64,000 nucleotides of DNA from a bacterium (GTDB taxonomy: Bacteria; Zhuqueibacterota; Zhuqueibacteria; Oceanimicrobiales; Oceanimicrobiaceae), in the NCBI GenBank assembly GCA_037446635.1, contig JBBIIG010000002.1, positions 160,001 through 224,000 of the forward strand, given 5' to 3'. The position numbers were made by a program, and so were the translations under genes. Below, in pieces: positions 48,810-59,000 of this stretch. Position 1 is the first letter of the stretch. Each line of letters begins with the position of its first letter. The notes beneath the pieces were generated by a model. The model did no database searches, had not been told where the DNA came from, and saw nothing but the letters and a program-made list of their open reading frames with translations.

Positions 48810-50741
48810 TTGCAAAATTTGAATCACATCATTCTTGGCACCGCCGGCCACATCGACCACGGCAAAACCGCACTGGTGAAAGCCCTCACCGGCGTGGATA
48901 CCGATCGCCTGAAAGAAGAAAAAGCGCGCGGCCTCACCATTGACCTGGGATTCGCCCATCTCAGCGAACACGCCACCATCATCGACGTGCCTGGCCACGA
49001 GAAATTCGTGCGCAACATGGTGGCGGGCGTCAGCACTATCGATCTCGTGCTGTTCGTCATCGCCGCGGACGACGGCATCATGCCGCAAACCCGCGAGCAT
49101 CTCGATATCCTCAAAATTCTGCACATCCCGCGCGGCATCATCGTCATCACCAAAATCGATTTGGTGGAAGACGACTGGCTGGCGCTGATCAAAGAAGACA
49201 TCCGCAAATTTGTTAAAGGCTCGTTTTTGGAAAACGCGCCGATAGCTGCCGTGTCGTCCACGACCGGCACAGGAATCGCGGCGCTGCGCGAGATGATGGA
49301 GCAGCAGTTCGCCGAGCTGCGAGCGAAACCGGACAAAGGGGTCTTTTGGATGCCCGTCGACCGCGCCTTCACCATGAAAGGCTTCGGCACCGTGGTGACG
49401 GGTTCCGTGCTTTCGGGCCGCGCGAAAGTGGGCGACACCCTCGAACTGCTGCCGCAGAAATTATTGGTGAAAATTCGCGGACTGCAGCGCCACGGCAAGC
49501 CGGTGGAGCAGGTTGCCACCGGCGACCGCGCGGCCATCAATCTGGCAGGGATCGAGAAAAGCGCCATCGAGCGCGGGCACGTGCTGAGCGAGCCCAACTA
49601 CGCTCATCCTTCCCAACGCTTCGATGTTAAAGTACACATGCTCAACTCGGCGCCGCGGCCGCTGAAATCAAAAATGCGCGTGCGGCTGCATTTCGGCACC
49701 ACGGAGGTGATGGCGCGAGTAGCGATCATCGGCACGAGCCAAATCGCCGCCGGCGAAAACGGCTACGCGCAATTCCATCTCGAAAGATCGGCGGTGGCGC
49801 GGCGGCTCGATCCGTACGTCATTCGCCAGTATTCCCCCACCATCACCATCGGCGGCGGCGTGATTTTGGACGCCCACTCCGAAGGCCGCCGGCTCTCCGG
49901 ACCCGACGTCATAAAAATCCTTCAGGAGTTGGAAAAAGAAAATCCCGCGGAAGTTTTGGAAAGCAGGCTGCGATCACAATTTTCGTTGTTTCCAATCGAT
50001 CTGCTCAGCTCCGAAACCGGCGCCTCCAAAGAAGCGGTAAGCCAAATGATGGAAGAGCTGATCAAAAATCAGAAAGCAATTTTGCTTAAAAAAGCCGGCC
50101 AGCCCGCCGCGGCGCACGCCGAAAATGTCAAACGCTTGAAAGAGGAAATTCAAACCCTTATCGCCGATTTTCACCAGCGCCATCCCACCAAATTGGGACT
50201 CTACAAATCTGAACTGGCGAAGTCGCTGCAGTTTCCGGTGGACCTGGATTTGCTCGAATACGCCATCGCGGATTTAGTGAAGGACGAAGTGCTGAAAGAA
50301 GAATCGGGACTACTCAGCCGCCGCGAACATCGCGTGCAGCTTTCATCGCAGCAGGAGGCGCTGCGCCAGAAAATCGAGCGGCTGCTTTTTGAGGAGGCCT
50401 TTGCGACGTCATCGGCGGAACAGATAGCCGAGAAGTTGCGAGAAAAACCAGGCGCGGTCAGCGAAGTGTTGCAGGTGATGCTCGCATTAGAGCAGATTCT
50501 GCGCGTTGAGACAGACATTTATTTTCACTTCAAAAGAGTTTCGGAGGCCCGTCAAATATTGGCCAATTTTTTCAAAGCAAACAAAGAGCTCACCGTCAGC
50601 CAGTTCAAAGACCTGCTTGCAACCAGCCGCAAATACGCCGTGCCGCTGCTGAATTATTTTGATGGGCTGGGAATCACGGAACGAGTCGGCGACGTCCGCC
50701 TGCGCGGAAGCAACTTCGAGAAACTTGTTGAAAGTTTGTGA
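48810..50741 (+). CDS. selB: Selenocysteine-specific elongation factor
   Basis: [33 protein letters not shown]-terminal winged helix [14 protein letters not shown]; start 48810 or 48819. Confidence 0.97.
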   Translation: MQNLNHIILGTAGHIDHGKTALVKALTGVDTDRLKEEKARGLTIDLGFAHLSEHATIIDVPGHEKFVRNMVAGVSTIDLVLFVIAADDGIMPQTREHLDILKILHIPRGIIVITKIDLVEDDWLALIKEDIRKFVKGSFLENAPIAAVSSTTGTGIAALREMMEQQFAELRAKPDKGVFWMPVDRAFTMKGFGTVVTGSVLSGRAKVGDTLELLPQKLLVKIRGLQRHGKPVEQVATGDRAAINLAGIEKSAIERGHVLSEPNYAHPSQRFDVKVHMLNSAPRPLKSKMRVRLHFGTTEVMARVAIIGTSQIAAGENGYAQFHLERSAVARRLDPYVIRQYSPTITIGGGVILDAHSEGRRLSGPDVIKILQELEKENPAEVLESRLRSQFSLFPIDLLSSETGASKEAVSQMMEELIKNQKAILLKKAGQPAAAHAENVKRLKEEIQTLIADFHQRHPTKLGLYKSELAKSLQFPVDLDLLEYAIADLVKDEVLKEESGLLSRREHRVQLSSQQEALRQKIERLLFEEAFATSSAEQIAEKLREKPGAVSEVLQVMLALEQILRVETDIYFHFKRVSEARQILANFFKANKELTVSQFKDLLATSRKYAVPLLNYFDGLGITERVGDVRLRGSNFEKLVESL

Positions 50742-50765
50742 AAAAAGTCTATTCTTTAAGAAGGA

Positions 50766-50964
50766 ATGAAGGTGGGTAAAAACAGGTTAAGGAATGAGAA
50801 GCTGGGCGGTTACTTCTATGATCTTTCCAAATACGCCGGCACAATTATCGTGATCGGGAAATTTGTAAATCCTGCCATCCCTTGGATCAATTTTTTGGGG
50901 TGGCGCTTTTATTTGTCTTGCTTTGGCAATTTTCGCATATTTCCTTAACTCCAAAAGATTATAA
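50766..50964 (+). pseudogene. DUF6722-like small membrane protein, C-terminus apparently frameshifted
   Basis: NEKLGGYFYDLSKYAGTIIVIG motif; a second TM helix continues in other frames (GVALLFVLL / LAIFAYFL) after the T/G runs at 50891-50900. Confidence 0.5.
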
Positions 50965-50981
50965 CAAAATGTAAGGAAAAA

Positions 50982-51089
50982 ATGGATGCCTTTTTTATTG
51001 TTTTTGGGACTCTCACTTTATTTGCTGGAATTATGGCGTTATACGTTTACTTACAGGAAAAAAAGGAAAAAGCTAAGTCAAGCAAATAA
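50982..51089 (+). CDS. 35-aa single-TM peptide with basic tail (copy 1)
   Basis: MDAFFIVFGTLTLFAGIMALYVYLQEKKEKAKSSK*; AAGGA SD; paralog at 51170. Confidence 0.8.
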   Translation: MDAFFIVFGTLTLFAGIMALYVYLQEKKEKAKSSK

Positions 51090-51169
51090 ATGATCGCGCG
51101 CAAAAGATTTCATACCAACGGTGTTCTCTTTCTACTTGTGCTGTTAAACCAAAGAATTGAGAGAAATCA

Positions 51170-51277
51170 ATGGACGCGTTTTTCATAGTTTTTGGTGGTT
51201 TGGCAGTTTTTGGAGCAATAATGGCTCTTTACATTTATCTCCAGGAAAAAAGGAAAGGGCAAAAACCAGCAAATAAT
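51170..51277 (+). CDS. Single-TM peptide copy 2; in frame with selD as sequenced
   Basis: MDAFFIVFGGLAVFGAIMALYIYLQEKRKGQKPANN-(SelD). With one more A in the run at 51246-51251 it would end QEKKERAKTSK* at TAA 51274-51276. Confidence 0.7.
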
Positions 51278-52339
51278 ATGTCCAACCACTCGCGTGAAGA
51301 AATCTTTCGCCTGACGCACACCGTCGCTTGCGCGGGCTGAGCGTCCAAGCTCAGCCCAACGGAGTTGCGGCAGGTATTGGAGAAGCTTCCCAAAGCTTCG
51401 CATCCGGATCTGTTGGTGGGAGTGAACACCATTGACGACGCAGGCGTATTCCGTCTCAGCGCGGATCTGGCATTGGTGCAGACCGTCGATTTTTTCACCC
51501 CCATTGTCGATGATCCCTACACCTACGGCGCCATCGCTGCGGCCAACGCGCTTTCCGACGTTTACGCCATGGGCGGCGAACCGCTGACGGCGCTGAACAT
51601 CGTTTGCTATCCGAGGGGTGTCGTGAGCGAAGAGATGCTCGGCGAAATTCTACGCGGCGGTTTCGATAAAGCCGCGGAGGCCGGCTGCCTGATCGTCGGC
51701 GGCCATTCGGTTGAGGATAAAGAAATGAAATACGGACTGGCAGTAACCGGCAAAATTCATCCGCAAAAAATTCTCACGAACGCCAATGCGCAGCCCGGCG
51801 ATGCGCTGGTGCTGACCAAGCCGCTGGGCACCGGTATCGTCACCACCGCTTTTAAACTCGGCACCATATCGGACGAATTGTACCGGCAAGTCACTAATTC
51901 GATGTCGGCTTTGAACAACACGGCAGCGAAATTGGCGGTGGAATTTGGCGCGCACGCCTGCACCGACATCACCGGCTTCGGCCTGCTGGGACACGCCTGG
52001 GGCATGGCGCGGGAAAGCAACGTCGGGCTGGTTTTCTACGCCAATCAGATGCCGATATTTGCCGGCGCCGAGGAGCTGGCGGCGCAAGGTTTTCTCACCA
52101 AAGGAGATCGCAGCAACCGCGAGTATTTGCAGGGCTGCGTGCAGATTGAAGAAAATCTTTCGGAAAATCGCGTGCGGATTTTGTTTGATCCCCAAACCTC
52201 CGGCGGGCTTTTGATTGCCATTTCTCCGCAGGTGGTGGAAGATTTCGTTGCGGAACTGCGGCGCGATGGTGTGCCGGAGGCACAAATTGTTGGCCGAGTT
52301 GCCAAAGAGAATCCGCAGCAGATTGCGGTGGTGTGGTAG
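51278..52339 (+). CDS. selD: Selenide, water dikinase (selenophosphate synthetase), Sec-containing
   Basis: MSNHSREEIFRLTHTVACAG-U(TGA 51338-51340)-ASKLSP, in frame with the ORF at 51365; DDAGV, VDFFTP, ANALSDVYAMGG, TDITGFGLLGH, DPQTSGGLL. Confidence 0.96.
51350..51373 (+). promoter_or_regulatory. Bacterial SECIS-like hairpin
   Basis: CT(CA)GCC-CAAC-GGA-GTTG-(C)-GGC-AG; G-containing apical loop about 20 nt after the UGA. Confidence 0.7.
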
Positions 52340-52409
52340 TAACGCAAACCTCTGGTTTGCGTCTCAAAGCAGAGCTTTGAGTTATAAAAATCGAAATTGA
52401 GGAGGCGGT

Positions 52410-53651
52410 ATGCCGAAAATCACTCAAAAACTCACCCGTGAACAACTGCGCGATCTGATTTTGAAAATTCCCAAAACCGATCTGCATGTGCATCTCGATG
52501 GTTCGCTGCGGCTTGAGACTCTCATCGAGTTGTCCCAAAAAGAAAATCTCAAACTGCCGAGCTACACGGTTGCCGGGCTCAATGAATTGGTGTTCAAAGA
52601 AAAATACGCCAACCTCGTGGAATATCTGAAAACCTTCGGCTTTTCCACCGCGGTGATGCAAAAGCCGGAATATCTCGAACGCATCGCCTACGAATTAGCA
52701 TTGGATAACCAGGCCGAAGGCGTGCGCTACATCGAAGTGCGGTTTGCGCCGCAGCTTCACATCAACAAGAACATGGATATGAAACAGGTGCTCGTCAGCG
52801 TGAACAAGGGGCTGGAGCGGGCGCAGAAGGAATTCAATCGTCAGAAGAAGATCGTGAATGGCAGCGAGCCGCCGTTTCATTACGGCATCATTGTATGCGC
52901 CTTGCGCGCGTTCGGAAAATACTCGGAGTATTACGCCAACTTCATCAACTCGTTGGCCTATTCCGATGCCAAAGCCATCACCAGCCTCGGTTCGCTGGAG
53001 TTGGCGAAGGGCGCGGTGAAAATCCGCGACGAGGCCGGCTTGCCCATCGTGGGCTTCGATCTGGCCGGCGCGGAAAAAGGCAATCCTGCCAAAGATCACT
53101 GGGCGGCGTTTCAGTATGCGCACGAAAACTTCCTCGCGAAAACCGTGCACGCCGGCGAGGCCTACGGCCCGACTTCCATTTTTCAGGCCATCACCGAACT
53201 GCACGCCGACCGCATCGGCCACGGGCTATTTCTGTTCGACACCTCGAAGGTGGACGACAAGCGCGTCAAAGATAAGAAAAAATACGTGGCCGATCTCTGC
53301 CAGTACATCGCGGATCGCCGCGTGACCATCGAGGTGTGCCTCACCAGCAATTTGCAAACCAATCCCACATGGAAAAACATCAAGCGCCACTCATTCAAAA
53401 AGATGATGGACCACGAGCTGAGCGCCACCATCTGCACCGACAACCGCACCGTCAGCAAAACCACGGTCACCAACGAGATCCTGCTGGCGCTGGAAAATTT
53501 CAACGTCTCCCCCACGAAATTAAAGAACACGATTGTTTACGGCTTCAAGCGCAGTTTCTTCCCCAGCTCCTATTCCGTAAAGCGCGATTATGTGCGGCAG
53601 TGCATTGATTATTATGAGAAGGTGGTGCAGGGCACGCCGCTGGCGGCGTAG
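52410..53651 (+). CDS. add: Adenosine deaminase family protein
   Basis: PKTDLHVHLDGS, EVRFAP, GFDLAG.E, HAGE, RIGHG, EVCLTSN, CTDN. Confidence 0.9.
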   Translation: MPKITQKLTREQLRDLILKIPKTDLHVHLDGSLRLETLIELSQKENLKLPSYTVAGLNELVFKEKYANLVEYLKTFGFSTAVMQKPEYLERIAYELALDNQAEGVRYIEVRFAPQLHINKNMDMKQVLVSVNKGLERAQKEFNRQKKIVNGSEPPFHYGIIVCALRAFGKYSEYYANFINSLAYSDAKAITSLGSLELAKGAVKIRDEAGLPIVGFDLAGAEKGNPAKDHWAAFQYAHENFLAKTVHAGEAYGPTSIFQAITELHADRIGHGLFLFDTSKVDDKRVKDKKKYVADLCQYIADRRVTIEVCLTSNLQTNPTWKNIKRHSFKKMMDHELSATICTDNRTVSKTTVTNEILLALENFNVSPTKLKNTIVYGFKRSFFPSSYSVKRDYVRQCIDYYEKVVQGTPLAA

Positions 53652-53780
53652 TTCCCCGCCTTGCCAAGGAGGGGGTGGTCCGTGAGAGGGTCTTGAAACG
53701 TAGCTGCTATTTATGTAGATTAAACCGCAGAGAAAAATGTGATCGAGCAGATACGAGAAAAAATTCTCCGACAAAAATAA

Positions 53781-53960
53781 AAGTATAGTCAAGTCAAGCT
53801 GTCGCTCCGGCACACTGCCGATGAATCGCTGCTGAAAGTGCGTTTGCTGATTCGCCTCTGCTACGTTCAAAAATTTATCTACACCGATTCGTATGAGTTG
53901 CTGCCCGGAGTTTAGATGAAATCGGCAAAATGTTAGGCGGCTGAATCAAGCAGCAGAGCG
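53781..53960 (+). pseudogene. Remnant of an Avd (DGR accessory variability determinant)/four-helix-bundle gene
   Basis: KYSQVKLSLRHTADESLLKVRLLIRLCYVQKFI...SYE, 1-nt shift near 53899, then AARSLDEIGKMLGG*IKQQ (TGA where W is expected). Confidence 0.65.
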
Positions 53961-53984
53961 GGCAAAATGAAAACTGCGTTTGGA

Positions 53985-54081
53985 GTGGGGCTGTCCGAAA
54001 AGATGCATTTTTCTGTGCTTTTATCGCGCATCCAATTGGGAGACCGTAGAAGATTCCCGCCAAAAATATGCGGGCATGACA
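53985..54081. repeat. Partial copy of the GGCTGTCC MITE/REP-like element
   Basis: gtggggctgtccgaaaag is a 17/18 match to the reverse complement of the 31482 end; also gattcccgccaaaaatatgcgggcatgac. Confidence 0.55.
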
Positions 54082-54269
54082 GCGGCTGTTTTGAACTTTT
54101 CAAAAGTCTTCTGATTAGGGGGTTGTCATTGTACGGACGAGCTCCAGAGACATTTCCTGCTTTCTTCTATAAGAAGGTTAATTTATTCGTTCTTGCATGA
54201 AATATCAAATATCGAACAAGCAATGTCGAATGTTGAAATGAAAACCCACGAACATCTCAATTCGCCAAT

Positions 54270-55625
54270 TTATTTTATCACCAGCTTATGATTCTTTCTT
54301 ATCCGCACTCTTCTGTTGGTGGGAGCCTTCACCGCCCACTCGCAAATGCGCTCCACCGCGGTGGTGACATTGGGACAGTAGGTGCGGAGAAAATTTTCAT
54401 TGAGTTCCTCGGAAAGCGGAATGCTTTGGGCCGCGGCCAGCGCGGCGCGGCCGTCAAAATCCACGTAGGCCATGCGAAACGCCAACTTGTGCTCGGGCCG
54501 GCCAAAGCATGCCCCCGGAATGGTGGCGACGCCGGTTTCTTCCAGCAGCCGTTCGCTCAAGGCGATGTTGTTGGAGATGCCCCGGCTGCGCAGATTGTCC
54601 CGCAGCGGCGAAAAACTCGGAAAGAGATAAAACGCGCCCTGCGGGTCGCGAACTTTAATGTTCGCCTGCCGCATTTGCGCCGCACAGTGGCGGCCCAGCG
54701 CCCGCAGAACGCGGCGGCACTGCACGAGGTAGTCTTCAATCTCCACACTGCCCTGAAAGGCGCTGACCGCCGCATATTGAATGGGCGCGCTGGTGGAGGT
54801 GTACATTTCGCTGGCCACCGCGGCCATGGCCTCCAGCAGCCAGCGCAAGGAGTCCGGGAACGTGAACGTGCCCAAACGCCAGCCGCCGGCGCCGCACCAT
54901 TTGCTCAATCCCGAGCTGAGGATCGTGCCTTGCGGATAAAACTCCGCGATGGAGCGGTGTTTCCCTTCGTGGTGAATCTCGCCGTAAATTTCATCCGAGA
55001 GCAAAACCAAATGATAGCGCTGGGCGAGCTCCGCCAATTCCTGTAGCTCATCCAAATCGTAGGTGTGGCCAATTGGATTATTGGGATAGTTTAAAATCAG
55101 AAGACGAGGCCGTTCCGGATCGTCTTCACAAAGCTCTTCCAACTCGTGCGGCATGAGTTTCCAGTTGTTGCGCGAATGCGTCGGCAGCCAGCGCACGTGC
55201 CGGCCGATAATCTGCGCTTGCGGGGCATACGAAACCCACGACGGCGTGGGAATCACCAGGTCGCCGTAATAGACGAGCTGCAAAATGAACATCAGCTCCT
55301 TTGAACCGGGGCCGATCAAAACGTTTTCCGGCGAGCGCTTGAGGCCGTGCTTGCGATAATGATAATCGGTGATGGCTTCCCGCAGCGCGGGCAATCCTTT
55401 CACGGCTAAATAATCTTTTTGATGGGCGTTTTCTTTGAGGGCTTCCACCACGGGGCGCGGCACCGGAAACGGCGATTGTCCCAAACCCATTTTAAAAATT
55501 TTTCGACCCTGTCGAATTAGTTCTGCGCTGAGTTCATTGATGGAGAGCGTGGCGGAGGGTTCGAGGCCGCGCACGTTTAAGTTGACCGAAGGCAGAATAC
55601 CGGAGCTGGAGGTGTAGTTGTTCAT
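54270..55625 (-). CDS. PLP-dependent aminotransferase class I/II
   Basis: GLGQSPF, GPGSKE, PSWVSY, NYPNNP.G, SDEIY, SGLSKW.GAGGWRLG. Confidence 0.93.
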   Translation of the reverse strand: MNNYTSSSGILPSVNLNVRGLEPSATLSINELSAELIRQGRKIFKMGLGQSPFPVPRPVVEALKENAHQKDYLAVKGLPALREAITDYHYRKHGLKRSPENVLIGPGSKELMFILQLVYYGDLVIPTPSWVSYAPQAQIIGRHVRWLPTHSRNNWKLMPHELEELCEDDPERPRLLILNYPNNPIGHTYDLDELQELAELAQRYHLVLLSDEIYGEIHHEGKHRSIAEFYPQGTILSSGLSKWCGAGGWRLGTFTFPDSLRWLLEAMAAVASEMYTSTSAPIQYAAVSAFQGSVEIEDYLVQCRRVLRALGRHCAAQMRQANIKVRDPQGAFYLFPSFSPLRDNLRSRGISNNIALSERLLEETGVATIPGACFGRPEHKLAFRMAYVDFDGRAALAAAQSIPLSEELNENFLRTYCPNVTTAVERICEWAVKAPTNRRVRIRKNHKLVIK

Positions 55626-56008
55626 TTTATCTCTTCAAGTTTTGTGAGTTCTAAAAAGACTTCATGTTTCAACCGTTGTCTCATTTTGCGATCGAAGATG
55701 GTTTCGAGATATGAATTGACTATGTTGTCGATTTTCATTTTCAAAGTTTCCAATTCGGGCAGAATGCTTTTGAGGTAGTCATCATCTTTTGGAACGAGCA
55801 CCTCAGTCATACCGGCATCCAGAAAGACTTTGAGGTAGCGCGCCTCTTCTTCCGAACGGCACTCAATGAACTCACCGTCGCAATAGAGCTTCCAGCCAAA
55901 TAAATCTGCCGCAACTTTGGTGTGTCCAGAGAAACTTGGCAGTTCTCTGCGCATCAGTTTTTTACAGGTTAAGATTTTTTCTCTATAAAATTCACCTAAG
56001 GTTCTCAT
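55622..56008 (-). CDS. Hypothetical 128-aa protein coupled to the restriction-modification gene
   Basis: ATGA overlaps at both ends; GGGAG SD; IECRSEEEARYLKVF. Confidence 0.8.
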   Translation of the reverse strand: MRTLGEFYREKILTCKKLMRRELPSFSGHTKVAADLFGWKLYCDGEFIECRSEEEARYLKVFLDAGMTEVLVPKDDDYLKSILPELETLKMKIDNIVNSYLETIFDRKMRQRLKHEVFLELTKLEEIK

Positions 56009-59000
56009 GGTTCCGGCTCCCGTTTGATGCGTTCGATGACGGCGGCTTTGAAGGAATCAACATCGATGCCTTCTTTGGTTTTGTTGCGTTTTCCAAAACT
56101 TCTGGCCTTTTCGATGCGGGATTTGACCAAATCCACTACCGCCCGATAAACTTCTAATTGTTCCGCGTCGGTCAATCCTAAAATTTCGCCCATAATAATT
56201 TTGTCCAACTCCCTGCGGTCGGGTTTCACTTTTTCAAGAGCAACGCTCTCTATTGAATTGGCTCCGATCTCTTCAAAGACAGAACCAACATTTCTTTCCA
56301 TTATTTCCGTAAGCAATTTAAAAACTTGATTCGAACTTTTAATTTTTAAACTTGCAGTAGTAGGAACATAAGCTTGATTTAGATCGGTTGATGGAAAGTC
56401 AAGAGCGCCTAAGCCAAGAGCTGTCCTGCCTATTACCTCAATGACAAGCCAGAAAAATGAAGAATTGAAGTATGCCAGAAGAATTTTTTCGTAAATTTTG
56501 CTTTTAGAGATTATGATATTGAATCGCTGATCTACGACAGGATTAGCACTTGCGTAGTAAACAATGAAGGTATCGTCAAAGGCTTCAGGAATAACTATTG
56601 TGGCTTTGTATTCATCTGTTGGAAGGCTATACCACTGATTTCTGGACACAATGTTTTTATTATTTATTCCTTCCTTCTCGCCTCGATTGATATACTTTAG
56701 TATGTTTTTCGACTTATTTCTTAATTCCTCTTTCGGCAATTGAACATCCAAAACTCTGAAAGTTATTTCTTCTTCCAAAATTTTGATTTTTGACAAATTT
56801 TGTGGGGATCTCAATAATGGCGAAGTAAACTCAACTTCGAGCTTATTTTTCTCAATCTGGTCTGGAGTTAGATAGAAATATTTAGCAGCACCCGGTCGCA
56901 ACCCCCTTTTTGCTTCTAAAATAGACGAATCTTTTATCTGAATTAGCTTGCCACTATTAAGGCACTTATGCAGTACGAGGGGTGCTCGCGTATATTTCCC
57001 CCATTTAGTCCCAACATATTTTTTCTCTTCCGGATCAAAACCTTCTTCCCACAATTCTTGCTGCAATTTCGGGAAAATTCTTAAATCGTCGTTTTCATAA
57101 AAATCGTGGTGGGCGAGAATGGTTCGTTTAAGCTGGTCGATGGCGTTGAGGCGGGCTACCTGTTTTTCCCACATATCGTGAGCCGGCGGCATGAGGTTTT
57201 TAAAAGGATTTTTCAGGTAAACAAAACGAACGAGGTTTTCTTCGCGCTCTTTTTTTGCCGCACACTTTTGGAGAATAACGATGCAGGTATTGATGTCTGC
57301 GTCTTCAAACCAGCGTTCCACTTTGGATTCGATGATGCAGATAATCTTAAAATTTTTCAGGAAAAATTCTTGCAGACCCTTGCCATAATCGGTATCGAGC
57401 CAGGAGTTGGATACGATAAAACCAAAGAAGCCGCCGTCTTTCAAAAATTTTGCGCCATGAACAAAAAAGTAAGCGTGGATGCCTGCCCGTTTTCCAACCT
57501 CGGCCATTTTTTTATCGTGAAAATAGAGGGCGCTTTTGATGAGATTTTGTTTGTATTGAAAATCTTCGGGAGCGATTTCGCTGATTTCTTCCTGTCGAGT
57601 GTAGGGAGGGTTGCCGACCACGGCATCAAACCAGCGTGGATGAATGACTTCGCGTTCTTTGAGTCCAAGAGTTTTGGCTCGCCGCTTTCGCCAGTTTTCA
57701 GGGTCGAAGCCTTTGTCCCCAACCAGAATGGTGAAAAAATCTTCCTGTAGGATGTTGGGATAATTTTTGTCCACTCCGAGATCATTGATGGCTAAATTAA
57801 TCGTGGCAAGGTGGGCGGGAAATTTGGCGATGTCGGTGCCCCAAAGCGATTCCAATATTTTCTCGTGCTCAAGCCGCTGATTCATCAGCTTTTTGTGTTG
57901 ATAGGCGCGGACTAAAAACGTGCCCGCGCCGCAGGAGGGATCGAGGATTTTGTCATTTTCATGATGTAAGCAAAAACGGAGAATGACATCCACAACATCC
58001 GGGCTGGTGAAATATTGCCCCAAATTGTGCCGCTCATCTTGCGGAATGAGCCGTTCAAAAATTCTGCCGATGACATCGTAGCCCAATTTTGAAAAATCAT
58101 ATTGTTTGAGAATATACACCAGCTCTTTGATTTCTATTACCACCTCTTTGGCGTCGGGAAAGGCAATAGTATCGATAAAATCGGTGGTGTAGATGGTTTC
58201 ATAATCAATTTTTAAAACCTGACTGAAATAGCCGTGCAACGTGACTTGCAGCATGGCGCTTTTCGTGAGCCCTTCGGGAATTTCGAGCGGATCCAGATCA
58301 TGTTTTCTTTTTGCTTGCAGCAGGTTATAGAAAAGAATCTTGTTGACTAAAAGATATGCGGTTTGCCGGGCGGCTTTTTGAAAGTCTTGCGATTGCCAGG
58401 AGAAATTCCAGCCCTGATCGATGAACCATTTCGAGAGTTTTTTGCTGAATGAAGAATCTTTGTGGCATTCATCTTCAATGATTCGTTTATAGTAGGTCGA
58501 AAGCACCCTGATTTTTTCATGAAGCCGGTAGATTAAAAGTTCATCAATGGCTTGTTTTGGCTCCGGTTCTTTCCCGATGTGTACAGAATGGAGTTGCTTT
58601 AAAAAATCTGCAAATCCCCTTTTTAGTGACTCACTATGTCTCGTCTGTTCAATATCATCCAGATTTTCAAGTTCAGAGAGAGAATATTTTTGTTTAATTT
58701 GTTCTTCTTCTGGTTGTAATGAATTAACCTTTTCTGTGCTATACCAGATTAGTTTTTTAAAGTTTGTAAGTGCAAAATATTTTGCTTTTCTCTCGGTAGC
58801 TTTTTTGCGAGCCGGTTCCTTTAATTCCTTTTCGTCGAAGACATCATAATATGGGGGCTTTGCTTCAATAAGGCAGAGAACTTTTTGGCTTCGTCGCGAT
58901 TCATAAATTACGACGTCGGGCATTTTTCGATCTTCGCCGACCGTCTCAACATCCGGCATTCCCAAGTCCAAATTATCTTTCTCAATAATTTCTCTCATCC

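Noticed and set aside
53942..53944. Second selenocysteine codon
   Set aside because: The TGA sits at a Trp position (GGW) in a frameshifted remnant, not at a Cys-equivalent site.
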